The position numbers and the translations under genes were made by a program. A stretch of 64,000 nucleotides of DNA from Gemmatimonadales bacterium (lineage in GTDB: Bacteria; Gemmatimonadota; Gemmatimonadetes; Palauibacterales; Palauibacteraceae): assembly GCA_050114915.1 (NCBI GenBank), contig JASFRN010000002.1, forward strand, positions 76 through 64,075, in the 5' to 3' direction. Shown here one piece after another: positions 1 through 11,734 of the stretch (position 1 is its first letter; each line of letters begins with the position of its first letter). The notes under the pieces were generated by a model, which saw only the letters and a list, made by a program, of their open reading frames with translations, made no database searches and was not told where the DNA came from.

Positions 1-603
<603 letters not shown>

Positions 604-628
604 CCGCGCGGGAAGAGAAGAGAGACTG

Positions 629-937
<309 letters not shown>

Positions 938-950
938 GGGATTTCGAGCT

Positions 951-1574
951 ATGGCTGGGATGATCGGCAAGAAGATCGGGATGACCCAGATCTTCGACGA
1001 AAACGGCAATGCCGTCGGAGTCACGGTGCTCGAGGTGGGCCCGTGCCCGATCGTGCAGGTCAAGACGAACGAGACGGACGGCTACGAGGCCGTGCAGCTC
1101 GGCTTCGGACGGCGCCGCGAGCAGCGGGCCAAGAAGCCGGCCGCGGGGCATGCCGCCCGCGCCGGGCTCGACTACGTGCCCGAGGTTCTCGCCGAGTTCG
1201 AGCTGGAGTCGGACCGGGAATACACGGCGGGCGAGGAGCTGACCGTCGAGATGTTCGAGGTCGGTCAGCGGGTCAAGATCTCGGGCCGCACGAAGGGCCG
1301 CGGGTTCCAGGGCACCGTGAAGCGTCACAACTTCGGCGGATCGCGCGCGTCGCACGGCGGCAGCTCGATCCTCCGGTCCCCGGGCTCGATCGGTCCGGGC
1401 ACGGACCCGTCCCGGGTCATCAAGGGGCGGAAGATGTCGGGCCAGATGGGTGGCACGGTCCGGACGGCGATGAACCGCCGCATCGTGGCCATCGATGCCG
1501 AGAAGAACCTGCTGATGATCGACGGTTCGGTGCCGGGAGCGCGCAACAACGTGGTGCTCATCCGCACCGTTTGA
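951..1574 (+). CDS. rplC: 50S ribosomal protein L3
   Basis: 207 aa, MAGMIGKKIGMTQIF..., an L3 signature. Position follows rpsJ. Confidence 0.95.
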   Translation: MAGMIGKKIGMTQIFDENGNAVGVTVLEVGPCPIVQVKTNETDGYEAVQLGFGRRREQRAKKPAAGHAARAGLDYVPEVLAEFELESDREYTAGEELTVEMFEVGQRVKISGRTKGRGFQGTVKRHNFGGSRASHGGSSILRSPGSIGPGTDPSRVIKGRKMSGQMGGTVRTAMNRRIVAIDAEKNLLMIDGSVPGARNNVVLIRTV

Positions 1575-1605
1575 GACGACGAGCCGAAGGAAGAGCGGAG
1601 ACGCA

Positions 1606-2217
1606 GTGATGAAGGCGAAAGCATATACGGCGGCGGGTGCGGCGCGCTCGGGAGACGTAACGCTCCCGGACGGCGTGTTCGACGGCGTCGTGAACCAGGA
1701 CGTGCTGCACCAGGTGGTGACGGCGCTCCTGGCACACCGACGCCAGGGCACGGCATCGACGAAGACCCGCCAGACGATCGCCGGCGGCGGTCGCAAGCCA
1801 TGGCGACAGAAGGGCACCGGACGGGCCCGCGCGGGCTCCGTGCGATCGCCGCTGTGGCGTGGCGGCGCGGTCATCTTCGGCCCGCAGCCGCGCGACTACG
1901 CGCCGCAGGTTCCGCGGAAGCTGAAGCGGCTCGCGGTCACGTCGGCGCTGAACGCGCGCGCCGGTGACGGCGACCTGATCGTCGTGGAGCCGTTCGGCTA
2001 CGAAGAGCCGAAGACGCAGAAGCTGGCCGGGTTCCTGTCGGCGGTCGGAGCGGACGGCAACGTCCTCCTGCTGACGCACGGCGTGCAGCGCGAGGTCTAT
2101 CTCTCGGGTCGCAACATCCCGGGCCTCCAGGTGAAGCCCTGGGGGGAGGCCTCGGCCTACGACATCCTGTGGGCCGACCTGGTCGTGGTCGAAGAGCCCG
2201 CCCTGGAGGACGCATGA
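1606..2217 (+). CDS. rplD: 50S ribosomal protein L4
   Basis: 203 aa in the conserved position between rplC and rplW. Confidence 0.9.
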   Translation: MMKAKAYTAAGAARSGDVTLPDGVFDGVVNQDVLHQVVTALLAHRRQGTASTKTRQTIAGGGRKPWRQKGTGRARAGSVRSPLWRGGAVIFGPQPRDYAPQVPRKLKRLAVTSALNARAGDGDLIVVEPFGYEEPKTQKLAGFLSAVGADGNVLLLTHGVQREVYLSGRNIPGLQVKPWGEASAYDILWADLVVVEEPALEDA

Positions 2218-2507
2218 GCCGCGCACCGCAGGAAGTGCTGATCCGCCCGCTGATCACCGAGCAGAGCTCGATCCTGCAGGCGGAGCAGAACAAGTACACG
2301 TTCGAGGTGCATCGCGACGCCACGAAGATCGACATCCGCAACGCGGTCGAGGAGATGTTCGACGTGTCGGTCAAGAGCGTCCGCACGATGAACTGCCTCG
2401 GCAAGGAGCGTCGGGTCGGCCGCAGCACGGGCCGCCGCCGCGACTGGAAGAAGGCGATCGTCACCCTCCACGAGGGCGAGATGATCGACATGTACGGGGG
2501 AGTCTGA
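2214..2507 (+). CDS. rplW: 50S ribosomal protein L23
   Basis: The internal ATG at 2214 overlaps the rplD stop (ATGA). [18 protein letters not shown]... is L23-like. The track ORF at 2169 is an upstream extension. Confidence 0.9.
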   Translation: MSRAPQEVLIRPLITEQSSILQAEQNKYTFEVHRDATKIDIRNAVEEMFDVSVKSVRTMNCLGKERRVGRSTGRRRDWKKAIVTLHEGEMIDMYGGV

Positions 2508-2511
2508 GCAG

Positions 2512-3351
2512 ATGGCGCTGAAGAAATTCCGACCGGTCACCGCGGCGAATCGCTTTCGCTCCGTGTCCGGGTTCGACGAGATCACGCGAAAGACGCCCGA
2601 GAAGTCCCTCGTCGAGGGGCTGACGAAGGCGTCCGGGCGCAACCACACCGGCCGGATCACCAGCCGGCGCCGCGGTGGCGGCCACAAGCGGCGGTACCGG
2701 AAGATCGATTTCAAGCGGGACAAGCTCGGCGTGCCGGGCACCGTGCGTGAGATCGAGTACGATCCGAACCGCTCGGCGCGCATCGCGCTGATCCAGTACG
2801 CGGATGGTGAAAAGCGCTACATCCTGCACCCCCGCGGCCTCGCGGTGGGCGACACGATCGTGGCGGGCGAAGAGGTCGAGGCGAACCTCGGCAACAACCT
2901 GCCGCTCCGGAACGTGCCGCTGGGCACGACCGTGCACTGCGTCGAGCTCGTGCCGGGCAAGGGCGCCCAGATGGGCCGCTCGGCCGGCGCCGGCGTGCAG
3001 GTGATCGCGAAGGAAGGGCCGTACGTGACGCTGCGGTTGCCGAGCACCGAGGTGCGCCAGGTGCGCTCCGAGTGCACGGCTACCGTGGGGCAGGTCGGCA
3101 ACGTGGACCACGAGCTCGTGCGCTCGGGCAAGGCGGGGCGTTCCCGCTGGCTCGGCCGCCGGCCGAAGGTTCGCGGTGTGGCGATGAACCCGATCGATCA
3201 CCCGCTGGGTGGCGGCGAAGGCCGCACGTCCGGCGGGCGGCCGCCGGTGTCGCCCTGGGGCGAGCCCGAGGGCAAGAAGACGCGCAAGCGGAAGAAGAAG
3301 AGCAACAAGTACATCGTGCGCGGCCGCCGGCGCGGCAAGTCCACGAAGTAA
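2512..3351 (+). CDS. rplB: 50S ribosomal protein L2
   Basis: 279 aa, [15 protein letters not shown]..., an L2 signature. Confidence 0.95.
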   Translation: MALKKFRPVTAANRFRSVSGFDEITRKTPEKSLVEGLTKASGRNHTGRITSRRRGGGHKRRYRKIDFKRDKLGVPGTVREIEYDPNRSARIALIQYADGEKRYILHPRGLAVGDTIVAGEEVEANLGNNLPLRNVPLGTTVHCVELVPGKGAQMGRSAGAGVQVIAKEGPYVTLRLPSTEVRQVRSECTATVGQVGNVDHELVRSGKAGRSRWLGRRPKVRGVAMNPIDHPLGGGEGRTSGGRPPVSPWGEPEGKKTRKRKKKSNKYIVRGRRRGKSTK

Positions 3352-3381
3352 CGCAGCGACAGCCGAAGAGGACGAGACGAC

Positions 3382-3669
3382 ATGGCGCGCAGCATCAAGA
3401 AGGGTCCGTACATCGACGAGCGGCTTCTCGAGCGTATCGAGAAGATGAACTCGACGGGCGACAAGCGGGTCGTGAAGACCTGGGCCCGGGCGTCCACGAT
3501 CAGCCCGGAGTTCGTCGGCCACACGGTCGCCGTGCACAACGGCAACAAGTTCATCCCGGTGTACGTCACCGAGAACATGGTCGGCCACAAGCTCGGCGAA
3601 TTCGCGCCCACCCGGCTGTTCCGCGGGCACGGCGGCAAGCTCGCCACCGACAAGCGCGCCCGCATCTGA
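3382..3669 (+). CDS. rpsS: 30S ribosomal protein S19
   Basis: 95 aa, [16 protein letters not shown]... Confidence 0.95.
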   Translation: MARSIKKGPYIDERLLERIEKMNSTGDKRVVKTWARASTISPEFVGHTVAVHNGNKFIPVYVTENMVGHKLGEFAPTRLFRGHGGKLATDKRARI

Positions 3670-3698
3670 GTCCGGATCGAGCGAGGGAGACGAGAGAT

Positions 3699-4049
3699 AT
3701 GGAAGCGCGAGCGGTGGCGAAGAACATCCGCATGTCCGCGAGGAAGATGCGGCTGGTCATCGACGAAATCCGGGAAAAGGACGTCAACGAGGCGTACTCG
3801 ATCCTGCAGTTTTCGAAGAAGGCCGCGGCCGAGCCGATCGACAAGGCGCTCCGGTCGGCCGTGGCGAATGCGGTGCACAAGGCGGACGTCGAGGGCGAGT
3901 TCCTGGACGTCGACACGCTCTTCGTGCGCGAGTGCTACGTGAACGAGGGCCCGACGCTGCGCCGCTATCGGGCGGCCGCGATGGGCCGGGCCGCGCCGAT
4001 CCGCAAGCGCATGAGCCACGTGACCATCGTCGTGGATACGAAGGAGTAA
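3699..4049 (+). CDS. rplV: 50S ribosomal protein L22
   Basis: Internal ATG at 3699 within track ORF 3072..4049. [25 protein letters not shown]... is L22. The upstream part of that ORF is an out-of-frame overlap with rplB/rpsS. Confidence 0.9.
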   Translation: MEARAVAKNIRMSARKMRLVIDEIREKDVNEAYSILQFSKKAAAEPIDKALRSAVANAVHKADVEGEFLDVDTLFVRECYVNEGPTLRRYRAAAMGRAAPIRKRMSHVTIVVDTKE

Positions 4050-4051
4050 TC

Positions 4052-4720
4052 GTGGGACAGAAGACACATCCGTACGGTTTCCGGCTCGGCGTCGTGAAGC
4101 CGTGGAAGTCCCGCTGGTACGCCCGCGGCAAGGATTTCCCCGAGCTGCTGGCCGAGGACGAGAAGCTGCGTAAGTACCTGCACGCCCGTCTCGACCATGC
4201 GGCCGTCGCCACGGTCGAGATCGAGCGCAAGCCGACGAAGATCGTCGTCACGATCCACACGGGTCGTCCCGGCGTCGTGATCGGCAAGCGGGGCTCCGAG
4301 GTCGACAAGCTGCGCGACGAGCTCGCGCTGCTCACCGACTCGGAAGTCTCGATCAACGTCGAGGAGATCAAGCGCCCGGAGGTCAGCGCGCAGCTGGTGG
4401 CCGATTCCATCGCCCATCAGCTGAAGCAGCGCATCGGCTTCCGTCGCGCCATGAAGCGCGCCCTGCAGTCGGCGATCCGTGCGGGGGCGGAGGGTGTGAA
4501 GATCCAGTGCGGCGGCCGCCTCGGCGGCGCCGAGATCGCCAGGACCGAGGGCTATCACGAGGGCCGTGTCCCCCTGCACACGCTGCGGGCGGACATCGAC
4601 TACGCCCAGCGGATGGCCAAGACGACGTACGGAACGATCGGCGTGAAGGTCTGGGTGTTCCGCGGCGAGGTCGTCGAAGACCGCCGGGGCCAGACGTACA
4701 CGGCCGGTGGGGGTAACTAG
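4052..4720 (+). CDS. rpsC: 30S ribosomal protein S3
   Basis: GTG start at 4052 preceded by [19 protein letters not shown]... is an S3 N-terminus. Confidence 0.9.
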   Translation: MGQKTHPYGFRLGVVKPWKSRWYARGKDFPELLAEDEKLRKYLHARLDHAAVATVEIERKPTKIVVTIHTGRPGVVIGKRGSEVDKLRDELALLTDSEVSINVEEIKRPEVSAQLVADSIAHQLKQRIGFRRAMKRALQSAIRAGAEGVKIQCGGRLGGAEIARTEGYHEGRVPLHTLRADIDYAQRMAKTTYGTIGVKVWVFRGEVVEDRRGQTYTAGGGN

Positions 4721-4726
4721 AGCACT

Positions 4727-5137
4727 ATGCTGCAGCCCAAGCGAGTCAAGTACCGGAAACAGCAGAAGGGCCGCCTCAAGGGCAACGCCCAGCGCGGCAA
4801 CTCGATCGCGTTCGGCGACTACGGGCTCCAGACGCTCGACACCGGCTGGATCACGAATCGGCAGATCGAGGCCGCGCGTGTGGCGATGACCCGCCACATG
4901 AAGCGAGGCGGAAAGGTCTGGATCCGCATCTTCCCGGACAAGCCGGTCACGTCCAAGCCCGCCGAGACCCGGATGGGCAAGGGGAAGGGGAATCCCGAGG
5001 GCTGGGTCGCGCCCGTGAAGCCGGGCCGCGTGATGTTCGAGCTCGAGGGAGTGCCGGAAGACGTGGCGCGGCGGGCGATGGAGCTCGCGTCCGCCAAACT
5101 CCCGGTGAAGACGAAGTTTCTGGTCCGCGAGGACTGA
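4727..5137 (+). CDS. rplP: 50S ribosomal protein L16
   Basis: 136 aa, [16 protein letters not shown]... Confidence 0.95.
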   Translation: MLQPKRVKYRKQQKGRLKGNAQRGNSIAFGDYGLQTLDTGWITNRQIEAARVAMTRHMKRGGKVWIRIFPDKPVTSKPAETRMGKGKGNPEGWVAPVKPGRVMFELEGVPEDVARRAMELASAKLPVKTKFLVRED

Positions 5138-5155
5138 GCCAGGGACACGACTGAC

Positions 5156-5365
5156 ATGAACGCACAAGAGATCCGCGAGATGACGGACGACGAGATCGAG
5201 ACGAAGATCGAGACGACCCGGCAGGAGCTGTTCAACCTGCGGTTCCGCGCGAGCTTCGAGGAGACCGACCACGGCCTGATCCGTGGTCTGCGTCGCGACA
5301 TCGCGCGGTTGTTGACGATACGTACCGAACGCGAACAGGCGGCGGCGGGAGACCAGGATGGCTGA
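5156..5365 (+). CDS. rpmC: 50S ribosomal protein L29
   Basis: 69 aa in the conserved position. Confidence 0.9.
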   Translation: MNAQEIREMTDDEIETKIETTRQELFNLRFRASFEETDHGLIRGLRRDIARLLTIRTEREQAAAGDQDG

Positions 5366-5639
5366 GCATATCGAGACGACCGCCGGACGCCGGAAGCAGC
5401 GGCAGGGCACGGTCGTCAGCGACGCGATGGACAAGACCGTCGTCGTGTCCGTGGAGCGCCGGGTGCAGCACCCCCTGTACGGGAAGCGTGTGAACCGGTG
5501 GAAGAAGTACCACGCGCACGACGAGACGAACGAATACCGGACCGGTGACGTGGTAGTGATCGAAGAGACCCGGCCGCTGTCGAAGACCAAGCGCTGGCGG
5601 GTGATCGAGCTCGTCGAGCGGCCCGTCACGGAGGGCTGA
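5358..5639 (+). CDS. rpsQ: 30S ribosomal protein S17
   Basis: 93 aa. It overlaps the rpmC end by 8 nt. Confidence 0.9.
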   Translation: MAEHIETTAGRRKQRQGTVVSDAMDKTVVVSVERRVQHPLYGKRVNRWKKYHAHDETNEYRTGDVVVIEETRPLSKTKRWRVIELVERPVTEG

Positions 5640-5642
5640 GCG

Positions 5643-6011
5643 ATGATCCAGCAGGAGACCGAAGTCCGGATCGCGGACAACTCGGGGGCCCGGCGTGCGC
5701 AGTGCATTCGCGTGCTGGGCGGCTCGAAGCGCCGCTATGCGGGGCTGGGAGACGTCGTGATCGTGGCGATCAAGGACGCGATCCCGGGCGGCACCGTTAA
5801 GAAGGGCGAAGTGGCCCGGGCGGTCGTCGTGCGCACGGCGAAGGAGAACCGCCGCGCCGACGGGACCTACATCCGGTTCGACGAGAACGCCGCCGTGATC
5901 ATCAACGACGCGGGCGAGCCGCGGGCGACGCGCATCTTCGGGCCGGTGGCCCGCGAGCTGCGCGAGAAGCAGTTCATGAAGATCGTCTCGCTGGCGCCGG
6001 AAGTGATCTGA
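5643..6011 (+). CDS. rplN: 50S ribosomal protein L14
   Basis: 122 aa, [18 protein letters not shown]... Confidence 0.95.
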   Translation: MIQQETEVRIADNSGARRAQCIRVLGGSKRRYAGLGDVVIVAIKDAIPGGTVKKGEVARAVVVRTAKENRRADGTYIRFDENAAVIINDAGEPRATRIFGPVARELREKQFMKIVSLAPEVI

Positions 6012-6030
6012 GCAGGCAGGAACGGAAGAG

Positions 6031-6363
6031 ATGACACGCAACAAGCTGCACGTCCGCAAGGGCGACGAAGTCCAGGTACTCTCGGGCAACTACAAGGGCG
6101 TCCGGGGCACCGTGCTGCGGACGATTCCGCGCAAGAACAAGGTCGTGGTCGAAGGCGTGAACATTCGGAAGCGCCACGAGGCGCCGTCGCAGGACAATCC
6201 CGACGGCGGAATCGTCTCGTTCGCGGCGCCGATCGACGCGTCGAACGTGATGCTGATCGATCCGTCGACGGACGAGCCGTCGCGCTACCGGACGAAGATC
6301 GACGACGACGGGACGAAGGAACGGATCTCCGTGAAGAGCGGAAATCCGATTCCGAAGGCGTAA
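6031..6363 (+). CDS. rplX: 50S ribosomal protein L24
   Basis: 110 aa with a KOW-type sequence. Confidence 0.9.
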   Translation: MTRNKLHVRKGDEVQVLSGNYKGVRGTVLRTIPRKNKVVVEGVNIRKRHEAPSQDNPDGGIVSFAAPIDASNVMLIDPSTDEPSRYRTKIDDDGTKERISVKSGNPIPKA

Positions 6364-6369
6364 GGAACG

Positions 6370-6930
6370 ATGAAGCCAAGGCTCAGAGAACACTACGAGA
6401 CGCAGGTCGTCCCGAAGCTCGTCGACGAGTTCGGGTTCGACAATCCGATGGAGATCCCGCGGCTCGAGAAGATCGTGTTGAACGTCGGGCTCGGCAGCGC
6501 GAAGGACGAGCCGAAGCTGCTCGACTCGGTGGTCGCCGAGCTCGCGCTGATCAGCGGGCAGCAGCCGATCGTCACGAAGGCGCGCAAGTCGGTGTCGAAC
6601 TTCGCCCTGCGCGAGGGGATGCCGGTCGGCGTCAAGGTGACGCTGCGCGGCGCCCGCATGTACGAGTTCATGGACCGGTACATCAGCACGGCGATCCCCC
6701 GCGTGCGTGACTTCCGCGGGCTGAACAGCCGCGCCTTCGATGGTCGGGGCAACTACACGGTCGGCGTCCGGGAGCAGATGATCTTCCCGGAGATCGACTA
6801 CGACGACATCGTCCGCGTGCACGGGATGGACATCACGTTCGTGACCACGACGGACAAAGACGACGAAGCGCTCGTTCTCCTCCGGGAGATGGGCATGCCG
6901 TTCCGCGGCGAGACACCGGTGGTGGTCTGA
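6370..6930 (+). CDS. rplE: 50S ribosomal protein L5
   Basis: 186 aa, [17 protein letters not shown]... Confidence 0.95.
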   Translation: MKPRLREHYETQVVPKLVDEFGFDNPMEIPRLEKIVLNVGLGSAKDEPKLLDSVVAELALISGQQPIVTKARKSVSNFALREGMPVGVKVTLRGARMYEFMDRYISTAIPRVRDFRGLNSRAFDGRGNYTVGVREQMIFPEIDYDDIVRVHGMDITFVTTTDKDDEALVLLREMGMPFRGETPVVV

Positions 6931-6967
6931 GCCGGTGCTCGGGTCGCGGCGCAATCAGGAGAGGTAG

Positions 6968-7153
6968 ATGGCCAGGAAGGCTTTAGTCGAAAAAGCGAAT
7001 CGGGAGCCGAAGTTCAGCGCCAGGGGTGTCAACCGCTGTCAGCGCTGCGGTCGGGCGCGCGCCTACATGCGCAAGTTCGGTCTGTGCCGGATCTGCTTCC
7101 GCGAACTGGCGCTCAAGGGCGAGATCCCGGGCGTGAGAAAGGCGAGCTGGTAA
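6968..7153 (+). CDS. rpsN: 30S ribosomal protein S14, zinc-ribbon type Z
   Basis: 61 aa with CQRCGR...CRICFRE, the two CxxC pairs of type-Z S14. Confidence 0.9.
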   Translation: MARKALVEKANREPKFSARGVNRCQRCGRARAYMRKFGLCRICFRELALKGEIPGVRKASW

Positions 7154-7156
7154 CCG

Positions 7157-7555
7157 ATGAGCATGAACGATCCCATCGCCGACATGCTGACGCGGATCCG
7201 CAACGCGGGTCACGCGGGGCACCGTCGGGTCGACATGCCGGTCTCGAAGCTGAAGATCGAGATCGGCCGGATTCTCACGGAGAACCACTTCATTCACGGG
7301 TACAAGGTGCTCGACGAGGGGGACCACAGGGTCCTGCGCGTCTACCTGAAGTACACGGATGACGATCGGCCGGTGATCCGCTCGCTGAAGCGGGTGTCGC
7401 GTCCGGGGCTGCGTCGCTACGTCGGCGCGTCCGACGTGCCGAAGGTCCGCTCGGGGATGGGGATCGCGATCCTCTCCACGTCGCGTGGCGTGATGACCGA
7501 CCGTGAGGCCCGGGCCGATCGCGTCGGCGGCGAAGTCCTGGCGACGGTCTACTAG
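7157..7555 (+). CDS. rpsH: 30S ribosomal protein S8
   Basis: 132 aa, [17 protein letters not shown]... Confidence 0.95.
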   Translation: MSMNDPIADMLTRIRNAGHAGHRRVDMPVSKLKIEIGRILTENHFIHGYKVLDEGDHRVLRVYLKYTDDDRPVIRSLKRVSRPGLRRYVGASDVPKVRSGMGIAILSTSRGVMTDREARADRVGGEVLATVY

Positions 7556-7571
7556 AAGAAGCGAGAGAGAG

Positions 7572-8114
7572 ATGTCCAGAGTCGGCAAACAGCCCATTCC
7601 GCTCCCCGACGGCGTGACCGCGAAGGTCGACGGCGCGCGGGTGACGGTGAAGGGCCCGAAGGGCGAGATGTCCGGGTCGTTCGACCCCGAGCTCACGATC
7701 GAGCTCGCGGAGGGCGAGCTGCGGGTGACCCGCCCCACCGACCAGGCGCGCCACCGCTCGCGGCACGGGCTCACGCGCAGCCTGATCGCGAACATGGTGC
7801 AGGGCGTCACCGAGGGGTTCGAGCGCTCGCTCGAGATCCACGGCGTCGGGTACCGGGTCCAGCAGAAGGGCAAGAACATCGAGTTGAGCGTCGGCTTCAG
7901 CAACAACGTGCTGTTCGAGGCGCCGGAGGACATCGACCTCGTGGTCGAGTCGCCCACCCTGCTGCACATTCGCGGGGTCGACAAGCAGCTCGTCGGCGAG
8001 GTGGCGGCCCGCATCCGCAAGGTGCGTCCGCCGGAGCCGTACAAGGGCAAGGGGATTCGGTACCGCGACGAGCACGTGCGGCGCAAGGCCGGTAAGGCCG
8101 CCGCGACCGCCTGA
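7572..8114 (+). CDS. rplF: 50S ribosomal protein L6
   Basis: Internal ATG at 7572, after the rpsH stop. MSRVGKQPIPLPDGV... is an L6 N-terminus. Confidence 0.9.
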   Translation: MSRVGKQPIPLPDGVTAKVDGARVTVKGPKGEMSGSFDPELTIELAEGELRVTRPTDQARHRSRHGLTRSLIANMVQGVTEGFERSLEIHGVGYRVQQKGKNIELSVGFSNNVLFEAPEDIDLVVESPTLLHIRGVDKQLVGEVAARIRKVRPPEPYKGKGIRYRDEHVRRKAGKAAATA

Positions 8115-8134
8115 CGAAGCGGAGGAACGAGAAC

Positions 8135-8524
8135 ATGGCGAAGAAGAGCAAGTCACAGGGCCGGCGGCACGCACGTGCGCGGCGTCACGCCCGCGTACTC
8201 AAGAAGGTACGCGGCACGGCGCAGCGTCCGCGCCTCGTGGTGCACCGCAGCCTGCGAAACATCGAAGGCCAGATCGTCGACGACGATCGGGGCGTCACGC
8301 TGTTCGGGGTCTCCACCCTGGCCGTCGACGAAGCCCCGGTCGGCGAGGACGCCGAAGAGCTGAGCGGCAAGATCGCCGCGAGCTATGCGGCCGGGAAGGC
8401 GCTGGCGGAGAAGGCGCGCGAGAACGGGATCGAGCAGATCGTGTTCGACCGCGGAGGATACCCGTATCACGGCCGGGTCAAGGCGTTCGCCGATGGGGCG
8501 CGCGCCGGCGGCCTGGACTTCTAG
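8135..8524 (+). CDS. rplR: 50S ribosomal protein L18
   Basis: 129 aa with a basic N-terminus, in the conserved position. Confidence 0.9.
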   Translation: MAKKSKSQGRRHARARRHARVLKKVRGTAQRPRLVVHRSLRNIEGQIVDDDRGVTLFGVSTLAVDEAPVGEDAEELSGKIAASYAAGKALAEKARENGIEQIVFDRGGYPYHGRVKAFADGARAGGLDF

Positions 8525-8545
8525 AGACGGACGAAAGCGTTCTAC

Positions 8546-9073
8546 ATGGCGAAGAGACAGAACCGCAGGCGACGTGACGACGGCGACAACCTGAAGGAGA
8601 ACGTGATTTACATCAATCGCGTCTCCAAGGTCGTCAAGGGCGGCCGGCGCTTCTCCTTCACGGCCCTCGTCGCGGTCGGCGACGGCCAGGGGAAGGTCGG
8701 GACCGCGCTCGGCAAGGCCAACGAGGTCGCCGAGGCGATCCGTAAGGGGATCGATCGCGCGCGCAGCAACATGGTCGAGATTCCGCTCGACAACGGAACG
8801 ATTCCGCACGAGCAGCTCGGCCGGATGGGCGCGGGCCGCGTGCTTCTGAAGCCGGCGGGTCCGGGTACCGGCGTGATCGCCGGGGGCCCGGTGCGCGCGG
8901 TGCTCGAGTGCGCAGGGGTGCAGAACATCCTCACCAAGAGCCTCGGATCCAACAACCCGCTCAACATGGTCGCCGCGACCATGGCGGGACTGGAAGCGCT
9001 CGTGACGCCGGAGCAGGTCGCGCGGGAGCGCGGGATGGATCCCGAAGTGCTGCGGGAGGCGATGCGTGGCTAA
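8546..9073 (+). CDS. rpsE: 30S ribosomal protein S5
   Basis: 175 aa, ...[17 protein letters not shown]... Confidence 0.95.
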   Translation: MAKRQNRRRRDDGDNLKENVIYINRVSKVVKGGRRFSFTALVAVGDGQGKVGTALGKANEVAEAIRKGIDRARSNMVEIPLDNGTIPHEQLGRMGAGRVLLKPAGPGTGVIAGGPVRAVLECAGVQNILTKSLGSNNPLNMVAATMAGLEALVTPEQVARERGMDPEVLREAMRG

Positions 9074-9251
9074 GCAGATCCGGATTCGACAGATCAAGAG
9101 CGGCAACGGACAGATGCGCAGACAGCGCGACACGTTGCGCGCCCTGGGACTCCGTCATCACCAGGCGGAAGTCGTCAAGGAAGACAACCCGGCGATTCGC
9201 GGGATGATCGAGGTCGTCTCGCACCTCGTCGAGGTCGAGGAGGCCGACTGA
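9066..9251 (+). CDS. rpmD: 50S ribosomal protein L30
   Basis: 61 aa with a GTG start that overlaps the rpsE end. [11 protein letters not shown]... is L30-like. Confidence 0.85.
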   Translation: MAKQIRIRQIKSGNGQMRRQRDTLRALGLRHHQAEVVKEDNPAIRGMIEVVSHLVEVEEAD

Positions 9252-9253
9252 AG

Positions 9254-9712
9254 ATGGCGGAGAAGAAGCGGTTGGGACTGGACAACCTGAGCCCGTCGCC
9301 CGGCTCGAAGCGCTCGGCCAAGCGGGTGGGCCGTGGGCACGGCTCCGGGAGCGGCAAGACCTCGGGACGCGGTCACAAGGGACAGAAGTCCCGGACCGGC
9401 GCGAGCATCCCCGCCTGGTTCGAGGGCGGCCAGATGCCGCTGTACCGGCGCCTGCCGAAGCGCGGCTTCACGCCGCGCAGCCGGCGTCGCTACCAGGTCG
9501 TGAACCTGCGCGAGTTCGAGGAGCTCGAGGGCTCCGAGTTCGGCCCCGAGGAGCTGAAGCGCCTCGGTCTGATCGGCTCCGTCAAGGAGCCGGTCAAGAT
9601 CCTCGGTGACGGGACGCCGGGACGCGCCGTGACGGTGCGGGCCCATGCGTTCAGCGCCACGGCGCGCGAGCGCATCGAGGCCGAGGGCGGCACGGCCGAG
9701 CTGATCGACTGA
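9254..9712 (+). CDS. rplO: 50S ribosomal protein L15
   Basis: 152 aa, Gly/Arg-rich, in the conserved position. Confidence 0.9.
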   Translation: MAEKKRLGLDNLSPSPGSKRSAKRVGRGHGSGSGKTSGRGHKGQKSRTGASIPAWFEGGQMPLYRRLPKRGFTPRSRRRYQVVNLREFEELEGSEFGPEELKRLGLIGSVKEPVKILGDGTPGRAVTVRAHAFSATARERIEAEGGTAELID

Positions 9713-9714
9713 GC

Positions 9715-11076
9715 ATGGCCAACGAACGTCTGCAGGCGGCCCAGGCGGCCGCCAGCCTGTTCAAGATCCCGGAGCTGAAGGAGAAGATCCTCTTCACGCT
9801 CCTCTGCCTGGCGATTTATCGCCTCGGGTCCCACATCCCGACCGCGATGGTCGACGTGGTGGCCCTGCAGCAGCTCTCCGGTCAGTTCGAGGGGACGCTG
9901 TTCGGGATCTACAACCTGTTCACCGGCGGCGCGCTGCAGCGGGCGACGATCTTCGCCCTCGGCATCATGCCCTACATCTCCGCCAGCATCATCTTCCAGG
10001 TGCTCGGGGCGACGTTCCCGACCATCAAGAAGATGCAGCAGGAGGGCGAGGACGGGCAGCGGAAGCTGACCCAGTGGACCCGCTACGTGACCGTGGTCCT
10101 GTGTCTGTCGCAGGCGTACGGCTACGCGCTGTTCCTCGAGTCGCAGGCCGGCGTCGTTACCAATCCGGGCTTCGGCTTCCGGATGCTCACCGTCCTGCTG
10201 CTCACCGCGGGCGGCGTGTACGTGATGTGGCTGGGCGAGCAGATCACCGAGCGCGGGATCGGCAACGGGATGTCGCTGCTGATCTTCTTCTCGATCATCC
10301 AGGGCTTCCCGGGCGCCGTGTTCAGCACCTTCGAGCTCTACCGGGCCGGCGGGATCAGCCTGTTCATGCTCGTCGCGCTGTGCGCCGTGCTGATCGCGAT
10401 CACGGCCGCGGTCGTGTCCCTTACGATGGCCGCGCGCCGGATCCCGGTGCAGATCCCGCGCAAGGTCGTGGGCCGAGGCCGCGTGCGGGAAGGCCAGAAG
10501 TCGTTCATTCCGATCCGCATCAACTCGGCCGGCGTGATGCCGATCATCTTCGCCCAGGCGATCATCATCATCCCGGGCACGCTCTACGCCTTCACGGGCG
10601 GGTCGGGCGCCGCCTCGGGCGGCTGGCAGGGCTTCCTGTACGACCTGAGCCAGATTTTCGCCGTCGGATCGACGTGGTACTACGTGGCCTACGCGCTGCT
10701 GATCATCGTGTTCACCTACGTGTACACGGCGATCATCTTCGACCCGATCGACCTGGCGGAGAACCTGAAGAAGCAGGGCGGGTTCATTCCGGGCGTGAAG
10801 CCCGGGGCCTCGACGGCGGAGTACATCGACCGGGTGCTGACGCGCGTCACGCTTCCGGGTTCGATCTACCTGGCCGCGATCGCGCTGCTGCCCTTCTTCA
10901 TCTTCGACTGGTTCAACATCCAGACCTTCTTCTTCGGCGGCACGTCGCTGCTGATCGTCGTGGGTGTGGCGCTCGATACCGTGCAGCAGATGCAGCAGCA
11001 CCTCCTGCTCCGGCAGTACGAAGGATTCATGAAGAAAGGCCGCGTGAAGTACCGGGGTCGCCAGCGGTACATGTGA
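9715..11076 (+). CDS. secY: Preprotein translocase subunit SecY
   Basis: 453 aa with 10 predicted TM segments, in the conserved position after rplO. Confidence 0.95.
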   Translation: MANERLQAAQAAASLFKIPELKEKILFTLLCLAIYRLGSHIPTAMVDVVALQQLSGQFEGTLFGIYNLFTGGALQRATIFALGIMPYISASIIFQVLGATFPTIKKMQQEGEDGQRKLTQWTRYVTVVLCLSQAYGYALFLESQAGVVTNPGFGFRMLTVLLLTAGGVYVMWLGEQITERGIGNGMSLLIFFSIIQGFPGAVFSTFELYRAGGISLFMLVALCAVLIAITAAVVSLTMAARRIPVQIPRKVVGRGRVREGQKSFIPIRINSAGVMPIIFAQAIIIIPGTLYAFTGGSGAASGGWQGFLYDLSQIFAVGSTWYYVAYALLIIVFTYVYTAIIFDPIDLAENLKKQGGFIPGVKPGASTAEYIDRVLTRVTLPGSIYLAAIALLPFFIFDWFNIQTFFFGGTSLLIVVGVALDTVQQMQQHLLLRQYEGFMKKGRVKYRGRQRYM

Positions 11077-11095
11077 CCCGGTGGCCGGTAGACGC

Positions 11096-11734
11096 TTGAG
11101 GCTCGTCATGATGGGCCCGCCGGGAGCGGGGAAGGGAACCCAGGGAGCGCTGCTGGCGCGGCGCCACGGAATCCCCCGTTACGCGACGGGAGACCTGTTG
11201 CGCGAAGCGAAGCGGGAGGGCACGGAGCTGGGCCGCGCGGCGCAGAGCTACATGGACGCCGGCGAGCTCGTACCCGACGACGTCATCCTCGGGATGATGC
11301 GCGAGAAGCTGTCCTCCGACGAGGCGGCGGGCGGGTTCCTGCTCGACGGCTTCCCGCGGACGGTCGCGCAGGCCGAAGGACTCGACGCGCTGCTCGACGA
11401 GCTCGGACAGTCGCTCGACGCGGTCGTCAGCCTCGAAGTCGACGACGACGAGATCGTCGAACGGCTGTCGTCTCGCCGGGTGTGCGCCGAGTGCGGACGC
11501 GTGGCGGCGGCCGGGGCCGAAAAGCACGAGCGCTGCCAGGCGTGCGGTGGGGCGCTGAGGCGCCGGGCCGACGACGACCCGGAGACGGTCCGGCGGCGGC
11601 TCGAGGTGTACCGCGAGGAGACCGCGCCGGTGCTGGAGTGGTACGAGCGCTCCGAGACGCCGGTTCGTCCGGTGAACGGAGCCGGGAGCGTCGAAGAGGT
11701 GCAGGCGCGGATCATCGGAGCGGTGGGCGCATGA
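11096..11734 (+). CDS. adk: Adenylate kinase
   Basis: P-loop GPPGAGKGTQ and a lid with CAECGR...CQACGG. The start is ambiguous (GTG 11081, TTG 11096 or ATG 11108). TTG 11096 gives the typical MRLVMMGPPGAGKG N-terminus. Confidence 0.85.
   Translation: MRLVMMGPPGAGKGTQGALLARRHGIPRYATGDLLREAKREGTELGRAAQSYMDAGELVPDDVILGMMREKLSSDEAAGGFLLDGFPRTVAQAEGLDALLDELGQSLDAVVSLEVDDDEIVERLSSRRVCAECGRVAAAGAEKHERCQACGGALRRRADDDPETVRRRLEVYREETAPVLEWYERSETPVRPVNGAGSVEEVQARIIGAVGA

Noticed and set aside
3072-4049. 325-aa ORF, and similarly the N-terminal extensions of the ORFs at 18174..20030, 20610..21719, 22093..23130, 42473..44212 and 50376..53117
   Set aside because: Only the 3' portions match known proteins (L22, UXS, the TPR lipoprotein, NadD, the macro domain, the large Mo-hydroxylase subunit). 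The upstream parts overlap other well-supported genes in different frames, and the true starts coincide with stop codons of upstream genes.
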